From the NCBI GenBank assembly GCA_964016885.1, contig OZ024744.1:25544001-25608000 (forward strand): a stretch of DNA of 64,000 nt. Direction: 5' to 3'. This DNA comes from Eledone cirrhosa (taxonomy: Eukaryota). The notes beneath the pieces are model-generated. The model saw only the letters and a list, made by a program, of their open reading frames with translations. It had not been told where the DNA came from and made no database searches. Position 1 is the first letter of the stretch, and every line of letters begins with the position of its first letter. Below are positions 1 through 14,707 of the stretch, piece by piece. The position numbers were made by a program, and so were the translations under genes.

Positions 1-840
1 CGGCTACCAGCCTAAACACTCCGCCTTCACCACTGCCAAGTGCAGAACCACTAGTCGACCCTCCGGGTCCAAATGTACCGTCTTTGTTGCGAGACCCAGA
101 TGTTTTTGCAGCAGAACGACAACCCCACCCCCACCTCCGGGCTGACAGAGGGATGCGTGCATCTCAAAGTCATCAAAGGCGGGGGCCAGCTTCGCACGTT
201 GCTGATCCGGGCCTCGCAAATAACCATAACATCTATACGTTGTGACCTGAGGTCATTTAGAAGCATTGCTTGCTTCCAAGTTGAGCCCAGGCCACGCGCA
301 TTTAGACAGCCTACTCTTAGCATAGCCATGTTGGTGGTGAAGAGAAAAGGCACTTACCTCTCTGCGTCCCGGGTATCGGGCTGCACAATTTCCATGAGGT
401 CGGGGGATGGGTTGTTGGGTGGGGTGGTGGTTTGTGGAAGTGTAAGGGCATCAGTGTGTTGCGTGGTTGGGGTGTTTGGAGTTGTGTGGGTGTCTGGAGA
501 GGGGGTGGGGAAGCTTTTTAGGAGGACGCGGATAATGGGCCTGACGCAGGGGGGGGGGACGTCCTCTTTAAATTTGTTTTTTAGTGTTTTATATGTGTCC
601 TCTGGGGCCTTAATCATTTTGAGGTTGGGGAAATCCCCTGCCTGTGTGAAGTTAGGCCCTTGGGTTTTTACTAAATTGTTGTTGTATACAATGTTTAGCA
701 GTTTTTTTATTTCTAGTGTTTATGTATGTGTATGCATGTTTTTGTTTTTGTGTGGTGTTTTCTGTTTGCTCTTGTTGTGTGCTCTTTTGTGTTGGTGTCT
801 GTGTTATGTTTTGGGGAGGGGTAGTTGTCATTTGTGTGTC
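1..840 (-). mobile_element. Tx1/L1-type LINE family A fragment (ORF1 C-terminus plus start of ORF2 AP endonuclease), runs off the window
   Basis: Minus strand MAMLRVGCLNARGLGSTWKQAMLLNDLRSQRIDVMVICEARI is homologous to the ORF2 N-termini at 18131 and 35052. ORF 354..617 (YKTLKNKFKEDV) aligns with the ORF1 tail YMTLKQKFPKDI. Confidence 0.85.
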
Positions 841-1284
841 TAGATAGATAGATAGACAGAAAGATAGATAGATAGATAATTAAGATGATACTTTATTATT
901 GAACACAATACATTGGTAAAGAGCTGAACCGATTATCGTTATTCCGTGTGTCAAGAAAGTTTGAAAGGCCCAGAAATATTCTGATTGGAGAATTTATTCT
1001 TAGTTATTTATATATTTAAAACAGATAATGTATGTCTGCCTGTCTGTCTGAGTCCCTAAAACTCGAGAACCACCCAGCCGATTTTTTTCAAACTTTACAC
1101 ATGTAATACTTATGGTCATGTGAGTGGTTTAAACAAAAAATATTTCAAATGTTCAATGCCTTAGGGATCGCATTAGGCGCCGAACGTCGCGCCCTTATAA
1201 TATCTGTCTGTATGTATGGCTGTCTGCATTACGACATTATGACGCTATCTGTGTGTATATATATATATATATATATAGTGTGTA

Positions 1285-1400
1285 ACGTTTTTCGAAATAT
1301 ATACTTCTGCGTTCACAGATTGATTTTTTTAGTTAACAGAAGATCCCGTTAAGGGTGAAAGCAGCGATTCTTTGCTTAAACTTTAATCTGTTATTACAAT
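1285..1400 (+). repeat. Isolated 3' end of the Penelope-like pLTR (homologous to 46920-47035), with a hammerhead-like motif
   Basis: CAGAAGATCCCGTTAAGGGTGAAAGCAGCGATTCTTTGCTTAAACTTTAATCTGTTAT matches 46971-47028. Flanked by (AT)n. Confidence 0.8.
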
Positions 1401-1414
1401 ATATATATATATAT

Positions 1415-2347
<933 letters not shown>

Positions 2348-2819
2348 TATCTTCGTGTAGAGATATTTTTGCATACACAATAACAAATTATAATCAAACG
2401 TATTTATTTCAGGAGCCTCGACAGCAGCAAAGACAACAACAAAAAAGAGAAGGAACGCAATTACATGCCTTTGAAAAATATAAATGGAAAATTATTTGCC
2501 TATTCACCCAAGGCGACTTCACTTTTTGTTACGACTTCTGCATCAATTGGTGAACATACGACGAAACTATTTCAGAAAGGAGGGATAAACATGCCAATCT
2601 ATGTTTAGAATCCCGAGCAACGCCTGGCCATTCTGCTAGTCCTAGCTAAAATTCATTCTAAACACTCGATGGTTTGTCTATATTTGGGAATATTTTCTGC
2701 AGAAACCATAATAGCGTCCAGATAACAAGTAATTTTACGTAAGAAAAACATGAGATTGTAAGAACGATAGATTCAATAGATATGTTAGTTAATTATTTAG
2801 AAAGGAAATGTTGAGATCG

Positions 2820-3200
2820 TTTTTAAAATAAAATAAAAAAAAAAGAATATTTAGATTCAGAAGAAAGAATGTAAAATAGGAAAATATATAGAAAACAACT
2901 GAAAAGGGGAGGAAATGGCAAGGACTCTAGTGTCACAGAAAAATGGGGAGGGTGAGACGGATGGTGATTGGGTTCCGGGTTTAGGGTGCGCTGTTAATGG
3001 AGCTGAGCCCCGCGGACAAGACTGCAAAAGCATTCTCACGGACAATGGCCAGTGACACCCACTGCAACAGCAACCCCACCTCGCGGGACTCATTCCTCAG
3101 ATGGGCTGCTCATGTTCCGATCCCACGGAGGAGCTCGACAGTATCGTGTCCAAGCACGCCTGAGTTCTCGACAACCTCCGGTGTGAAGAGGAAGTGGCCA
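2820..3200 (-). mobile_element. 3' fragment of a CRE-like RLE non-LTR retrotransposon (degenerate)
   Basis: Minus translation PEVVENSGVLGHDTVELLRGIGT*AAHLRNESREVGLLLQWVSLAIVRENAFAVLS resembles the CRE-clade endonuclease C-terminus (P..vEt.G.lG...lq.lS.ai.RgNA..vl). Confidence 0.65.
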
Positions 3201-3809
3201 GATGAATTAATGAATTTTAATGGGTCAGGAAAACACAAGCTTAAATGTATTGATAATTAATAAACAAAAGGTTTCCATTACCTTTTAAAGAGTAGCAAAG
3301 ACAAGTAAAGATGCTGTCATGACGAGAACTTTGTTTCGGTTACAAATCATTAATAAGTGTTGCAGTTTCTTTTACAGAAATAGATTTAAGAGTTAATGTT
3401 ATAAGAGAGGCAAGTACTTTGTCTCGAAATTGCCGAAAGCCATTTGAAGAGAATTTCAGCACGTTTGCGAAAGTATGTCTAAGCTAACGAAATATTTATT
3501 AAATTATTCCGCTATGTCTGAAATATCTATTAAAATGCTCCGGGTCACAAATATCCCCACCATCATCATAACTAAAATAATCAGGAGGATAAATTTGGTT
3601 TCGATATTCTATTTAGAGTTTGACTCAGTAAGATTTTTGTTTTATATATTGTTACCTTTATTGAAGAATATAGACTAGATTAGCAGCTGAATTCAGCATT
3701 TCGCATAAATAGATAATAGCGTGTATTAATTAAATGAACTATATACTGATAAGTAAAGAAGGAATACCAGTTCCTGCTACTCATACTATTTTTACAAGTA
3801 ATTTAAATT

Positions 3810-4445
3810 AAGATTCTTTCCTGCGACATTTTAACCACATGCCCACAGTATCGGAGCAGTTGACTCTCAATTCGGAGAATTATCGGATTTACCTGGTGTG
3901 ACTCTTTGATCTCTGAGCTACACACTTTATCGAGTAACGTTAATCAAAAGACCATTCGGAGGAATCACATTTCGGCCGCTTGTTTTGGTGATTTTATTCT
4001 TTCGGTCATTACCCAAGATTCATGACTATAGTAAGTGTTGGTCGAAAAAAAAAAAAAAATTAAAGACTGCGTGTTTGGCTTTTACACCAACCTTCCTTTC
4101 TTCTGATTACAAAATGCTGAAACAGACGCATTACTGCGCCAGCTTTTGCAATCTTGCACTTAATTCAGACTCCTGTCTTCCGTCACTCGTGAACACCTCC
4201 CCGAGATACCTGAACTTCTCCCCCCTGCTTCAGTGGAAATCCATTCACATGTAGCATGCTTACAAAGCAGGCTTACTTGAGAGGACAGGTGTCACAGTTT
4301 TTGCAGCACGGATTTTACGAGCAATACAAACCGGCAGGCAACCCAGGGGTAGATCCCGAGTAAGATGATCAGATAACATCCATGAGCTTGGCTGGTCTCG
4401 CTTGGAAGGAGTCTTTGAAAATCTGGCCCAACGAACCTCGCAACA
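3810..4445. mobile_element. Degenerate RTE-clade (Rex3/Expander-like) 3' fragment with a 5' inversion
   Basis: Minus 4320 to 3810 encodes EKFRYLGEVFTSDG, FRPTLTYSHESWVMTER and LLRYCGHVVKM. Plus 4320-4445 encodes the following C-terminus RQPRGRSRVR*SDNIHELGW and runs into (GAA)n. Confidence 0.75.
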
Positions 4446-4497
4446 AGAAGAAGAAGAATAATAAGAAGAATAAGAAGAAAAAAAAGAAGAAGAATAA

Positions 4498-4585
<88 letters not shown>

Positions 4586-5059
4586 AAGAAGAAGAAGAAG
4601 AAGAAGAAAAAGAAGAAGAAGAAGAAGAAGAAGAAGAAGAAGAAGAAGAAGAAGAAGAAGATGAAGAAGAAGTAGAAGAAGGAGGAGAAAAAGAAGAAAA
4701 AGAAAAAGAAGAAGAAGAAGAAGAAGAAGAAGAAGAAGAAGAAGAAGAAGAAGAAGAAGCAGAAGAAGAAGAAGAAGAAAAAGGAGAAGAAGAAGAAGAA
4801 GGAGGAGAAGAAGAAGAAGAAAAAGGAGAAGAAGAAGATGGAGAAGAAGAAGAAGAAGAAGAAGAAGGAGGAGAAGAAGAAGAAGAAGAAGGAGAAGAAG
4901 AAGATGAAGAAGAAGTAGAAGATGAAGAAGAAGAAGAAGAAGAAGAAGGAGAAGGAGAAGGAAAAGAAGAAGGAGAAGGAGAAGGAGGAGAAGAAGGAGG
5001 GGGAGGTGAAGAACAAGAAGGAGAATAATAATAATAATAATAATAATAACAATAATAAT
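4443..5059. repeat. Compound microsatellite (GAA)/(TAA)n-(GAA)n-(TAA)n
   Basis: Directly visible. Confidence 0.97.
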
Positions 5060-8000
5060 GCTTTCTTTATTAACCACAAGGGTTTACATAAAGTAGACAT
5101 TAAGGACAGTACAGGACAACAGAGGACGGTACAAATGGGCATTTCTGCGTGTAAACAACAAAAACAGAGGATGTAACAAAAAAATTACAATGAAAAATTC
5201 CCCAATAGGGGGGAGACTTCCGAGGGACATTTGTGGAGAAAGCCCAGTAAAAAGCCACAATGACCCTGACCACCAGTGCAAGTGCCCCCTCCCAGTTGTC
5301 CACCTTTGATTTACAGACACATACTCAGAGAAGGCCCATTCATTCGGGCCATACTTGCTTCTCGCACCCATCTTTCAACAAAATGCTGGGAAGAGAGCAC
5401 TTCCCTCTCTAATCTGATTTTCCTTTTCAAATGAAATTGAAAAAGTTAATCAGGGCATCACCGAAGAGGTAAGTGCTCGTCTTCAACCCTTTCAAACGTG
5501 TCCACCATACTATCTCTTTCGCCATGGCCACCAGACAGATAAAAACTGCCTGCCCTTCCCGCCTAAAGGAAGAGGGCGGGGCAATCCTCACGATAGACTC
5601 AGCTGATAGCTGGATCCGTCCTACACGTGACAGCAGGTGTTCGACATAAACCCACAAGTCAGCAATGCTCAGACACTGGACAAGTGCTTGCAGGACGGTT
5701 TCGTCGCCCTGCGCGCATCTCGGACGTGCACGGCTGACGGCACCTCCATGCCTGTAGAGTTTATCCCGAACTGGCAAAGCACCCCGGTAGCACTGCCAGG
5801 CCAGGGATTTCTGGAAGTTGTCCATAGGCCCCGGCCCGAAAGTTCTTCCGAAGAGATTGGCTAGTTGATTTTCGTCGACGCCTAGAGTTTCTCCAAGTAC
5901 GTCGTCGCTCTTCCCCTCCACTAATCCTCTATAGAACGCCAAGGTGGAGTTTCCACCGGTCACATTGCCCGATTGGTCGAGGGCTGTGAGCGCCTTGAGA
6001 CATTCCAGTCTCCAAGCGTTCCCTCTCGGTCTTCGCTTGACCAGGACTGCAGCTCCGTCAAGGAGACGAGCTGGGGAAAAACGTGTCTAGCAAACGGCGA
6101 CCAGACCTGATAACCGTCGAGGAAGAGGTGGAGATGTCGTATCCTGAGCGCGTGTCTGCGCATCATCAGCCACGGCATGCCCAGCCCTCCACGTAGCGGG
6201 TGTTGACAGCAGATGGGCCGCCTGACCATCGGAGCGCGTCCCTTCCACAAGAAGCGAAAGAGCAAACGCTCCAGCGCAGTCAGGCGGGGCTTAGGACAAG
6301 GTACGACGGTCAGGCAGTAGTAGATGACGGACGCGATGTACGCGTTAGCCATCTCCGCTAGACCTTTCAGGGATAGCTTCCTCACCGCCCATTTCTGGGT
6401 GAGAGAAGCCACCCTGCTCGTCACCTCGTCCCAGTTTTTGTCCGTCTGGAGGTCCGGACCGAACGAGACCCCTAGCAAATCGGTCCGTCCGTCCAGCGCC
6501 CGACGACGCCGTTGGACGGCATGGACCTGCCTCTACACGTGCCGAGCTACAGGCCCACTGACTTTTCCTGGTTGATCATTGCTCCTGTCACCGCTTCGTA
6601 TTCTCTTACTGTAGTGCCGATCGCCTCGATGTGATTGGCGTTCGACACCTCTACGGTGACATTGTCGGCATATGCTGACACGGATCTTCCGCATCCTAGT
6701 TCGCGCGGCACCCCCTCAACATCTCCAGTTTGTGCAGTAATGGCTCGAGAGTCAATACGTACAAGAGGGACAAGAGGGGACATCCTTGGCGGACCGAGCG
6801 CATAATATTGAACGGTTCCAAAAGGTGCCCGTTCACTCTCACCACAGAGCAGATGTCGCTGTGCATGGCAGCGATCCAGCCTCTGAAGACGGGCCCAAAG
6901 CCAGCCGCCCTCAGGACTGCCGCTAGGTAACGATGGTCGACCCTATCGAAAGCTTTCGACTGATCTAAATTGATCAACGACCCACCCGTGCCAGGTTACC
7001 TAGCTACCCTCCCTACGATATATCGAATGAGGTGGAGGTTGTCGTGGATGGATCTGTCGGGAATGGCGCATGTCTGCGCCTCTCCCACCAGACCACCAAC
7101 GACAAGCGCCAACCTCTTTGCTAGCACCTTGGCCAAAATCTTGAACTCTGCGTTTAGCAGTGTTATGGGCTTGAAATTATCTATGTTATCCCCCTTGTTG
7201 GGATCCTTTCTCAGCAGCGCCACAGCCCCTCGGCTCACAGAGCTGGGAATTCTCCCGTTGTGTTGCCAGTTGCAGTAGACGTCCGCCAAGAGGCCTCCGA
7301 ACAAGTCTGGCATTTGTACGTAAAGTTCATAGGGCAGACCATCCAAACCAGGCGATTTACCCCTTGTGCAGCCAGTCATTGCCTCCCGTACTTCAGCGGC
7401 TGTTATCGGCTTTTCGCAACACTCCGCCTCAGTGGCCGATAGCCGCGGCAGTCGGTCGAGGTAGACACTAAAGTCCATCCCTCGATTCGGCCCGCCGCTA
7501 TCCCCGAACAGCTGGGCGAAGTGTCGCTGAAAAGCATCACACATTTGCCCGGGATCGAGTAGCATGCGACCGTCGTGGTCCACCAAAGACCGGATCGTGG
7601 CTTTGTTGCCACGACGCGCCTCCGCCACTCGGGCCCATTGAACGGCTTTCGTCCCCTCGTGTCTGAGAGCACGCACCCTAGCTCTGACAACGCAGCCTTC
7701 GTGCTTTGCATTGAGGAATTGGTCAAGGGCCAATTTCGCCGCAAGTACGTCGGTCGCGATGCCTTTGCTAAGCGCCCCGTCTAATTTTCTAATTAGTTCT
7801 CCCTCTGCTCTATTTTTCTTTACTGCTAAACACTTACTAAACCTAATGGACTCTAATCTAATCGCTCTTTTCAGAGCAAACCACCACTTGTTGTTGACGA
7901 TGGCCCCCGTCAACGCCCGCTTAAGTAGTTCGCTAATCCGGTCTCTGTAGGCCTTGCGCGCTGGTAAGGACGAGTTTAGCTTCCAGTAGACGTGTCCTCG

Positions 8001-9905
8001 TCTATGAAGCCTATCTAAGTCACGCACACAGATCACGAATTTGTGGTCCGTGTAGCTGACTATCTTGAATTGTTGACAGCCTATGCTAGACCTATCTATT
8101 TCATTACAAAATACTCTATCTAGATATGATCTGGATGACACTATGCGATTTGTCCAAGTCCAGGATGGCCCGTATGGCGAGATCCAAACCTCTACGATAA
8201 AGCACAGCAACTCCTCCCCCCGATCCAGGACGGCTGGGAGATGCCCACACATCGTAGCCGCCGAAGATCGGTGCGAAGGCCCGTGCTTCGGAGATTCTGG
8301 TCTTGCTGATGGCCACTACATCTATGTTTAGTGACCTGAGGGCGTTGAGCAGGTGGCCCTGCTTCCATGATGACCCCAAGCCACGCGCATTTATGCTGCC
8401 TATTCTGAGTGAGGTCATGTTGAAATGGAGTGGAAAAGATGGGAAAGACCACTTACCTTACTTCTCGTAGAGGAAGGATGGTTTCTCCATCCTTTTCACT
8501 GCTCCGGAAGGATGTCCTTATAAATCCTCCTGGAGAGTGCTTGTCGGAAGTTTCCTATGTATTTGGGGAATTTTTGTTTTAGTGTCGTGTACGTTTTCTG
8601 TGTGATGCGAGTGATTTGTATGTGGTGTGAACTTTGGGGGTGTTGTGTAGTCTTTTTCTCTGATACTGGTGTTGTGTTGGATGTAGTGTAATCATTGGTT
8701 GTTGTTCAAATTTAATGCTGTGTAATGTGTATCGTTTTGGTTGTTTTGTTTTGTTTGCGTTGTTGTGGGTTTGTTTCTGTTTCTCTTTTTGGTGACTTTT
8801 GTGGTGTTGGTGATGGTGGTGTTGGGGTTAATGATGGTGATGGTGTTGGTGTTTGTGGTGATGGGGCTGGTGATGCTGGTGTGGATGGTGGTATATCTGT
8901 CCTAACGTTTTTGTTTAATAGTTTATTTGTTTCCCTCTGTATTTTGTTTTTGGAGGGGGAGGGAAGAGAATTTTTTCTTTTTTGGGTTTTTTTTCTATTA
9001 TCCTGATACCGTTTCCCACTGCACGTCGTAACAATCTGTCTCCAGTTGTGATAGGTCGGGGAGTGGAAAATCCTCCACAGGCGTTGGTTTTGCTTGTGGC
9101 GTGGTGGATGGTGTAGGCGCTGGGGCTAGTTCTGGCGCGTTGGGTGATGGTGGTGTTGGTTTTGCTACTGTTGCTGTGGTTGCTGCTGTTATAGTTGCTT
9201 CTGTTGTTGCTGCTACAGTTGTTGCTGCCATCTCTGCTGCTGGTGGTGTTGATGGTTGAGTCACTGGGATGGGTAAGAGAGGTGGCCTCAACCTTTTAGC
9301 CTCAGGGCAGAAAGCCCTTATATGGGATCCTTTAGCACAAACGACACACCTAGGCCTTCTGCCCTCGACGATTACGGTGAGGTCGCTGCCATCAGTGAGG
9401 TCTATTACCTCTGGGATCTCCTCAATGCTTTTTTGGTCCGCTTGGATCAGGAGCTCCATCCCAGATCCGGACCAGTACTCCTGCTTTTCTTTCGCTATTT
9501 CGATTATCTTGGTGTTGGCTTCGATTCCGGCGAGGACGGCAGCTATCAGCCAGGGAATTTCGATGGCCGGTGGAACGTGGGTCACATTGATATTCACGAG
9601 TCTCTGGCCACAATAGCTTGGGACGAGTGTGAAGTCGTCACTTCTTAATGGGGCCATGGAGTGTTCTCTGGCCCCCTGTGGTGTTTCAAAGAACACGTCC
9701 ACGGTTCCATCTTTCTTCCCACGTCTGATGTGGGGTTTTTTTGCCCACACATGTCCCAAAGCTTTTTGGATTTGGGACTCGGATGCCCGTTCCACTCGGC
9801 GCGATTTTATGTTTATTGTCCGATAAGACACGGTGCATAGGCGCGCCGATGCTCCATTTTATTAGGTGGGATGGTGGGGGGGGGGATTGACCCTGTAGCC
9901 ATCAC
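5060..9905 (-). mobile_element. Tx1/L1-type LINE family B, 5'-truncated and degenerate
   Basis: ORF1 piece 8998..9831 has a CX2CX4HX4C knuckle (CVVCAKGSHIRAFC). ORF2 pieces carry APE, RT (QGCPL, YADN) and a C-terminal cysteine-rich region. Frameshifts and an internal deletion in the APE near 8160. 3' end AATAAA then (TTA)n. Confidence 0.93.
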
Positions 9906-10189
9906 TAAAAGAATTCCCACTAAAAGAGGAAAACATCAAAATATATAAATAGACTGAATTGATGACCCGGTCAAAATAAAAAAAAAACAACAAAAATAAA
10001 AATCAAAGCAGCACAGCAACAACGAAAAACGTAAAGGAAATAAAAATGAAGAGAAAAACAAACGGACGGACAGAGAAGGGAAGGGAAAAGCTAAGTCAGA
10101 CATTCAAACACTACATTACAATGAAACTTATGCTTATTCATTTTTGGGGTTTTTTCTGCCTGTTTGTTTGTTTGTTTGGGTTCGTCTAC

Positions 10190-13100
10190 AGCGTGATAAT
10201 GCCACACAAAAGTCCCGTGGAGTGACGAAACCACCGGAGACAAGTAATTCACCGGTGGTTTTGTAACCATACATTCGCCAATCCTCGATAAGAGTGTTTA
10301 AATGTCGAACCTAAAGGGTTCGAATAACGGTGAAATTGAGACTAGAATGTCATGTGACAGACTCTCACCCAACAGGTGCTCCCTGGCTCAGCAGCAGGGA
10401 CCTGGCTGTCAACCAAATACTGCTGGTGTCCGAGGAATAAGAAGAAGGAAAGGGACCAGAACCAACTGGACGAAAGAATTGAATAGAACTGTTATGCAAT
10501 GTTACCTGAAGAGTAACCCCAAGGAGAAAGGCTATAGGAAAAGGATGCATAACATCTGGAACGAGATTGGTCCCTTTAAATTAGATGAACAAAAACTGGC
10601 CGCGCAGGCTCGGGTAATAAGAACTAATAGGTGGATAAGCGAGCTGGAACTGGAGGAACTGGGCAGAGAGATTAGCTTGGAGATAGAGGGTGGAGTATGC
10701 CAGGCAAACGAGCCAGTGGGAAATGAAGGTGAAGAGGTCGAGAGAACGGAGGAACCACCCGAAGCAGACAATGATCTGAATGCTGAGATAAATAATACCT
10801 GGAACAGAGATACGGCCACCGAGGAGATGAATGCTGACGGGCTAGGACAAGATTTGGTAGATATCCTAAACTTAGTGGTAGATGAATTGAACAATGATAG
10901 TGGGAGACCTATGAACCTAAGATTTGTAGACAGGAAAAAGTTAAAAGAAACAACAGCTAAGGTAAACAAAGTCATCCCATACCTTGAGGCGAGGAGCCTT
11001 CACCAGTGCAACAATATCCTCAAAGCAACAGCAAATACGGTGAGGAAACTACTTGGTATAAAAGCGAGAGGAAACAACAGACAAGAAAGAGCAGAGCCTT
11101 GGTGGAAGAAACGACTGAATGGTCAAATCAGGGAAATGAGAAATGACATTGGAAAGCTTGAGTCCCTACTGAATGGGACACTAAAAAACATAGACACTAA
11201 AAATAGACTGGAAATAAAGTACAAAACTAGGAGGATAAAGCTAAATATTATCATAGAGGAACTGAAGCAACGCATTGTAGCAAAAAGTGCAAAAATCAGG
11301 CGATACGAGAACAGAGTCAGCCGGTATAGACAGAACCGCATGTTCGACAACAACCAGAAGATGCTGTTTGGACAGCTTGAAGGGAAAGAAAGAGGCAACG
11401 ACTTGATCCCTGAGGCGGAACAAACTAAAACATTCTGGAGAAGAATATGGGAGCAGGATGTTAAACATAATGACCAGGCAGTGTGGATTGAGACAGTACA
11501 AAAGGAGATTAGATTGAGTATCACAGTTGAAACTCTTAAGGGGCAGGCCAAAAAACTAACTAACTGGAAATCACCTGGCCCAGATGGTGTGCAGGGGTAT
11601 TGGATTAAAAACATAACATCCCTCCACCCGAAACTGACAACCATGTTCAATGACTGCTTGATGTCAGGCGAGGTACCAGAGTGGTTGACAAAAGGTACCA
11701 CAGTTCTGATAATGAAAGACCGAATCAAGGGTAATGATGTTACCAACTATAGACCTAGCACATGTCTGTCCGTAATGTGGAAACTGTTGACAAACATTAT
11801 GTCTGAGGAAATCTACCATCACCTCCACACAAACAACTTGTTACCGGACGAACAGAAAGGATGCCGAAAGAAGTCACGTGGTACAAAGGACCAGTTACTT
11901 GTTGATAAGATGGTAACGAGGAATTGCTAGAGGAGACACACTGGTCTTGTCATGGGATGGATAGACTACAAAAAGGCATTTGACATGGTGCCTCACTCTT
12001 GGATCACCAAAAGCCAGGAGATCTTCAAGGTGGCAGATAACATCAGGCAGATGTGGGAAAAAGTATGAAGTCCTGGGAAACAGAGTTAACATCAACTGGA
12101 GAATCCTTGGGAAGCGTGAAGATCAAGAGATGTATCTTCCAGGGAGATAGTCTGTCCCCTCTGTTGTTTGTCCTTGCCCTGATGCCCCTGACCAGTGTAC
12201 TGCGAAAAGTGAGAGCAGGATACAGGTTGGGAAAGGGAGGGCTTACCATCAATCACCTCCTCTTTATGAACGATCTTAAGCTCTTCGGGAGAGTGAGAAG
12301 GAGTTGGATGTGCTTGTTAACACTGTCCGTATTTTCAGCAATGATATATGTATGCAATTTGGTATTAGTAAGTGTGGAGTCATTGTAATGAAGAGGGGTA
12401 AGTTGAGCAGAAGTAACGGAATCCAGATACCAACAGGTGAGATGATAAAAGAAATTAACTCTGAAGAAGGATACAAGTATTTGGGCGTTCTGGAGGCTGA
12501 TGACATCAAGAACAAAAAAATTAAGGAATTGATAAGAACTGAATACATTCGGAGAATAAGGAGCGTATTGAAGTCACATCTGAACAGTAGGAATGCCATA
12601 AGTGCAGTAAATTCCCGAGCTGTGTCTATTATTAGGTACAGTGCGGGAATTCTGAGATGGAATGTTGCTGAACAAAAAGAAATGGATAGGAAGACTAGGA
12701 AGCTATTGACTATCTACAATATGTTCCACAAGAGGAGTGATGTCGATAGACTCTACCTAAGGAGATCTGAAGGTGGAAGAGGTCTTATCAGCATAGAGGA
12801 CTGTGTTCAGATGGAGAAAAACAACCTACACAAATACGTGACTGATAGTAAGGAGCTAATGCTCAGAGCTGTACTGAAGGAGAGGACAATACACCGGGGG
12901 ATGTCCAAGGAGGAAATAACATCAAGGAGAAAGAGCAGCCTTCAGGAAAAATCCCTTCATAGTACCTTCTTTGAGAAAACTGAATTCAGAGATCCACAGA
13001 CGTGGAACTGGTTGAAAAGAGAAGACCTTAAAAAGGCTACAGAAGGAATGTTAATGGCTGCGCAGGAGCAGGCCCTCAAAACGAAGTGGTTGAAACACCA

Positions 13101-13785
13101 CATTTACAAGGAGGAGGCTAGCCCACTGTGCAGGATCTGTGGAGAGAGGGAGGAGACTGTGGCTCACATTGTATCCGAGTGTAAACATCTAGCCCAGACC
13201 CACTATAAGGGCTGGTGACATGATGTGATGGGCAGGGTGAAACACTGGCACCTATGCAAAGTAAACAATTTACCACATTCTGAGAAGTGGTAAGAGCATA
13301 GGCCAGAGGCGGTGATGGAGAACAGTCAGGTGAAGGTGCTGTGGGATTTTAGGATACAGACGGACAAGAAACTGGAACACAATAGACCTGACCTTGTGGT
13401 TTGGGACAAAGAAAAAAGATCGTGCCTGATTGTGGATGTGGCCAGCCCATTCGACACGAGAGTGCAAGAGATGGAGAGGGAGAAAATTAACCGATACCAG
13501 GATTAAAGTGGGAGGTAAAAAGGATTTGGAACTCCCATGAAGTCAAAGTGATCCCGATTGTCATAGGCGCACTAGGGACTATCTCAAAAAGTTTCCAGGG
13601 ATGGTTAAAGAAAATTGGCCCCTTCACGCTTTTTGGAACGCTTCAAAAGGCATGCTTGCTGGGAACAGCAAGAACCCTCCGATACGTCCTGAATATCTGA
13701 GGCTGCAAGTAGTGGCTTGATATTCATCTCAACAAACTTTCCAGTTTACTAACATCAATGACTGAGACTCAAAGAGTAATAACAC
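10190..13785 (+). mobile_element. R4/Dong-clade non-LTR retrotransposon (single ORF, RT + restriction-like endonuclease), near full length, inactivated
   Basis: N-terminal WTKELNRTVMQCY..GYRKRM domain, WKSPGPDG, FQGDSLSP, FMND (for FMDD), CRIC..ET..HI..C, WDFRIQTD..NRPDLVV..LIVDVASP. Stops at 11930 and 13218 plus frameshifts. Ends in (TAA)n. Confidence 0.9.
10302..13700 (+). pseudogene. Disrupted RT-RLE polyprotein of the Dong-like element
   Basis: ORF pieces 10302..11930, 12053..12388, 12304..13218 and 13312..13506 are collinear parts of one protein. Confidence 0.88.
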
Positions 13786-13822
13786 TAATAATATTAATAA
13801 TAATAATAATAATAATAATAAT

Positions 13823-14415
13823 GTTTTCTTTATTAACCACAAGGGTTTACATAAAGTAGACATTAAGGACAGTACAGGACAATACAGGACGGTACAAATG
13901 GGCATTTCTGCGTGTAAAAAAATCAGAGGATGAAATAAAATAACAAAGAAAAATTCCCCAATAGGGGGGAGACTTCCGAGGGACATTTGTGGAGAAAGCC
14001 CATTAAAAGACCACAGTGGCCCTGACCACCAGGGCAAGTGCCCTCTCCCAGTTTTCCACCTTTAATTTACTGACACATACTCAGAGAAGGCCCATTCATT
14101 CGGGCCATACTTGCTTCTCTCACCCATCTTTCAACAAAATGCTGGGAAGAGAGCACTTCCCTCTCTACCCTGATTTTCCCTTTCAGATGGAATTTGAAAA
14201 AGTTAATCAGGGCATCACCGAAGAGGTAAGTGCTCGTCTTCAGCCCTTTCAAACGTGTCAACCATACTATCTCTTTCGCCATGGCCAACAGACAGATAAA
14301 AACTGCCTGCCCTTCCCGGCTAAAGGAAGAGGGCGGGGAAATCCTCACGATGGACTCAGCTGATAGCTGGATCCGTCCTACACGTGACAGCAGGTGTTCG
14401 ACATAAACCCACAAG
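13823..14415 (-). mobile_element. Tx1 family B 3' fragment (about 590 bp, 5'-truncated)
   Basis: Near-identical to 32190-32784. (TAA)n on both sides. Confidence 0.95.
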
Positions 14416-14707
14416 TAATAATAATAATAATGATTTCATTTATTAGCCACAAGGGCCGACATGTAGGGGACAATACGAAGACAGCGACAGTGGGGGTTTA
14501 CAATAAGGTCGAGTAAAAGTGCACAATGGCAAGACTAATTTAACAATGAAAATATAAAATATAAAATAAACTATGCAAAATATAACAAAATAAATTCCCC
14601 GATAGGGGGTGGACGACCCTGGGGTGATTCGGGTACCCCACCAATCCTGAACCACCCTGCGGTTCTAGGGCACCCAAGAGAGCACCCCTCTCCTCAAGTT
14701 AGCCAGC

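Noticed and set aside
2997-3260. 87-aa plus-strand ORF as a host exon
   Set aside because: Better explained as the antisense of a CRE-like endonuclease fragment.
10190-10300. Possible HDV-like ribozyme in Dong 5' UTRs (also 22050-22170)
   Set aside because: Hairpins are present, but I could not build the nested double pseudoknot by eye.
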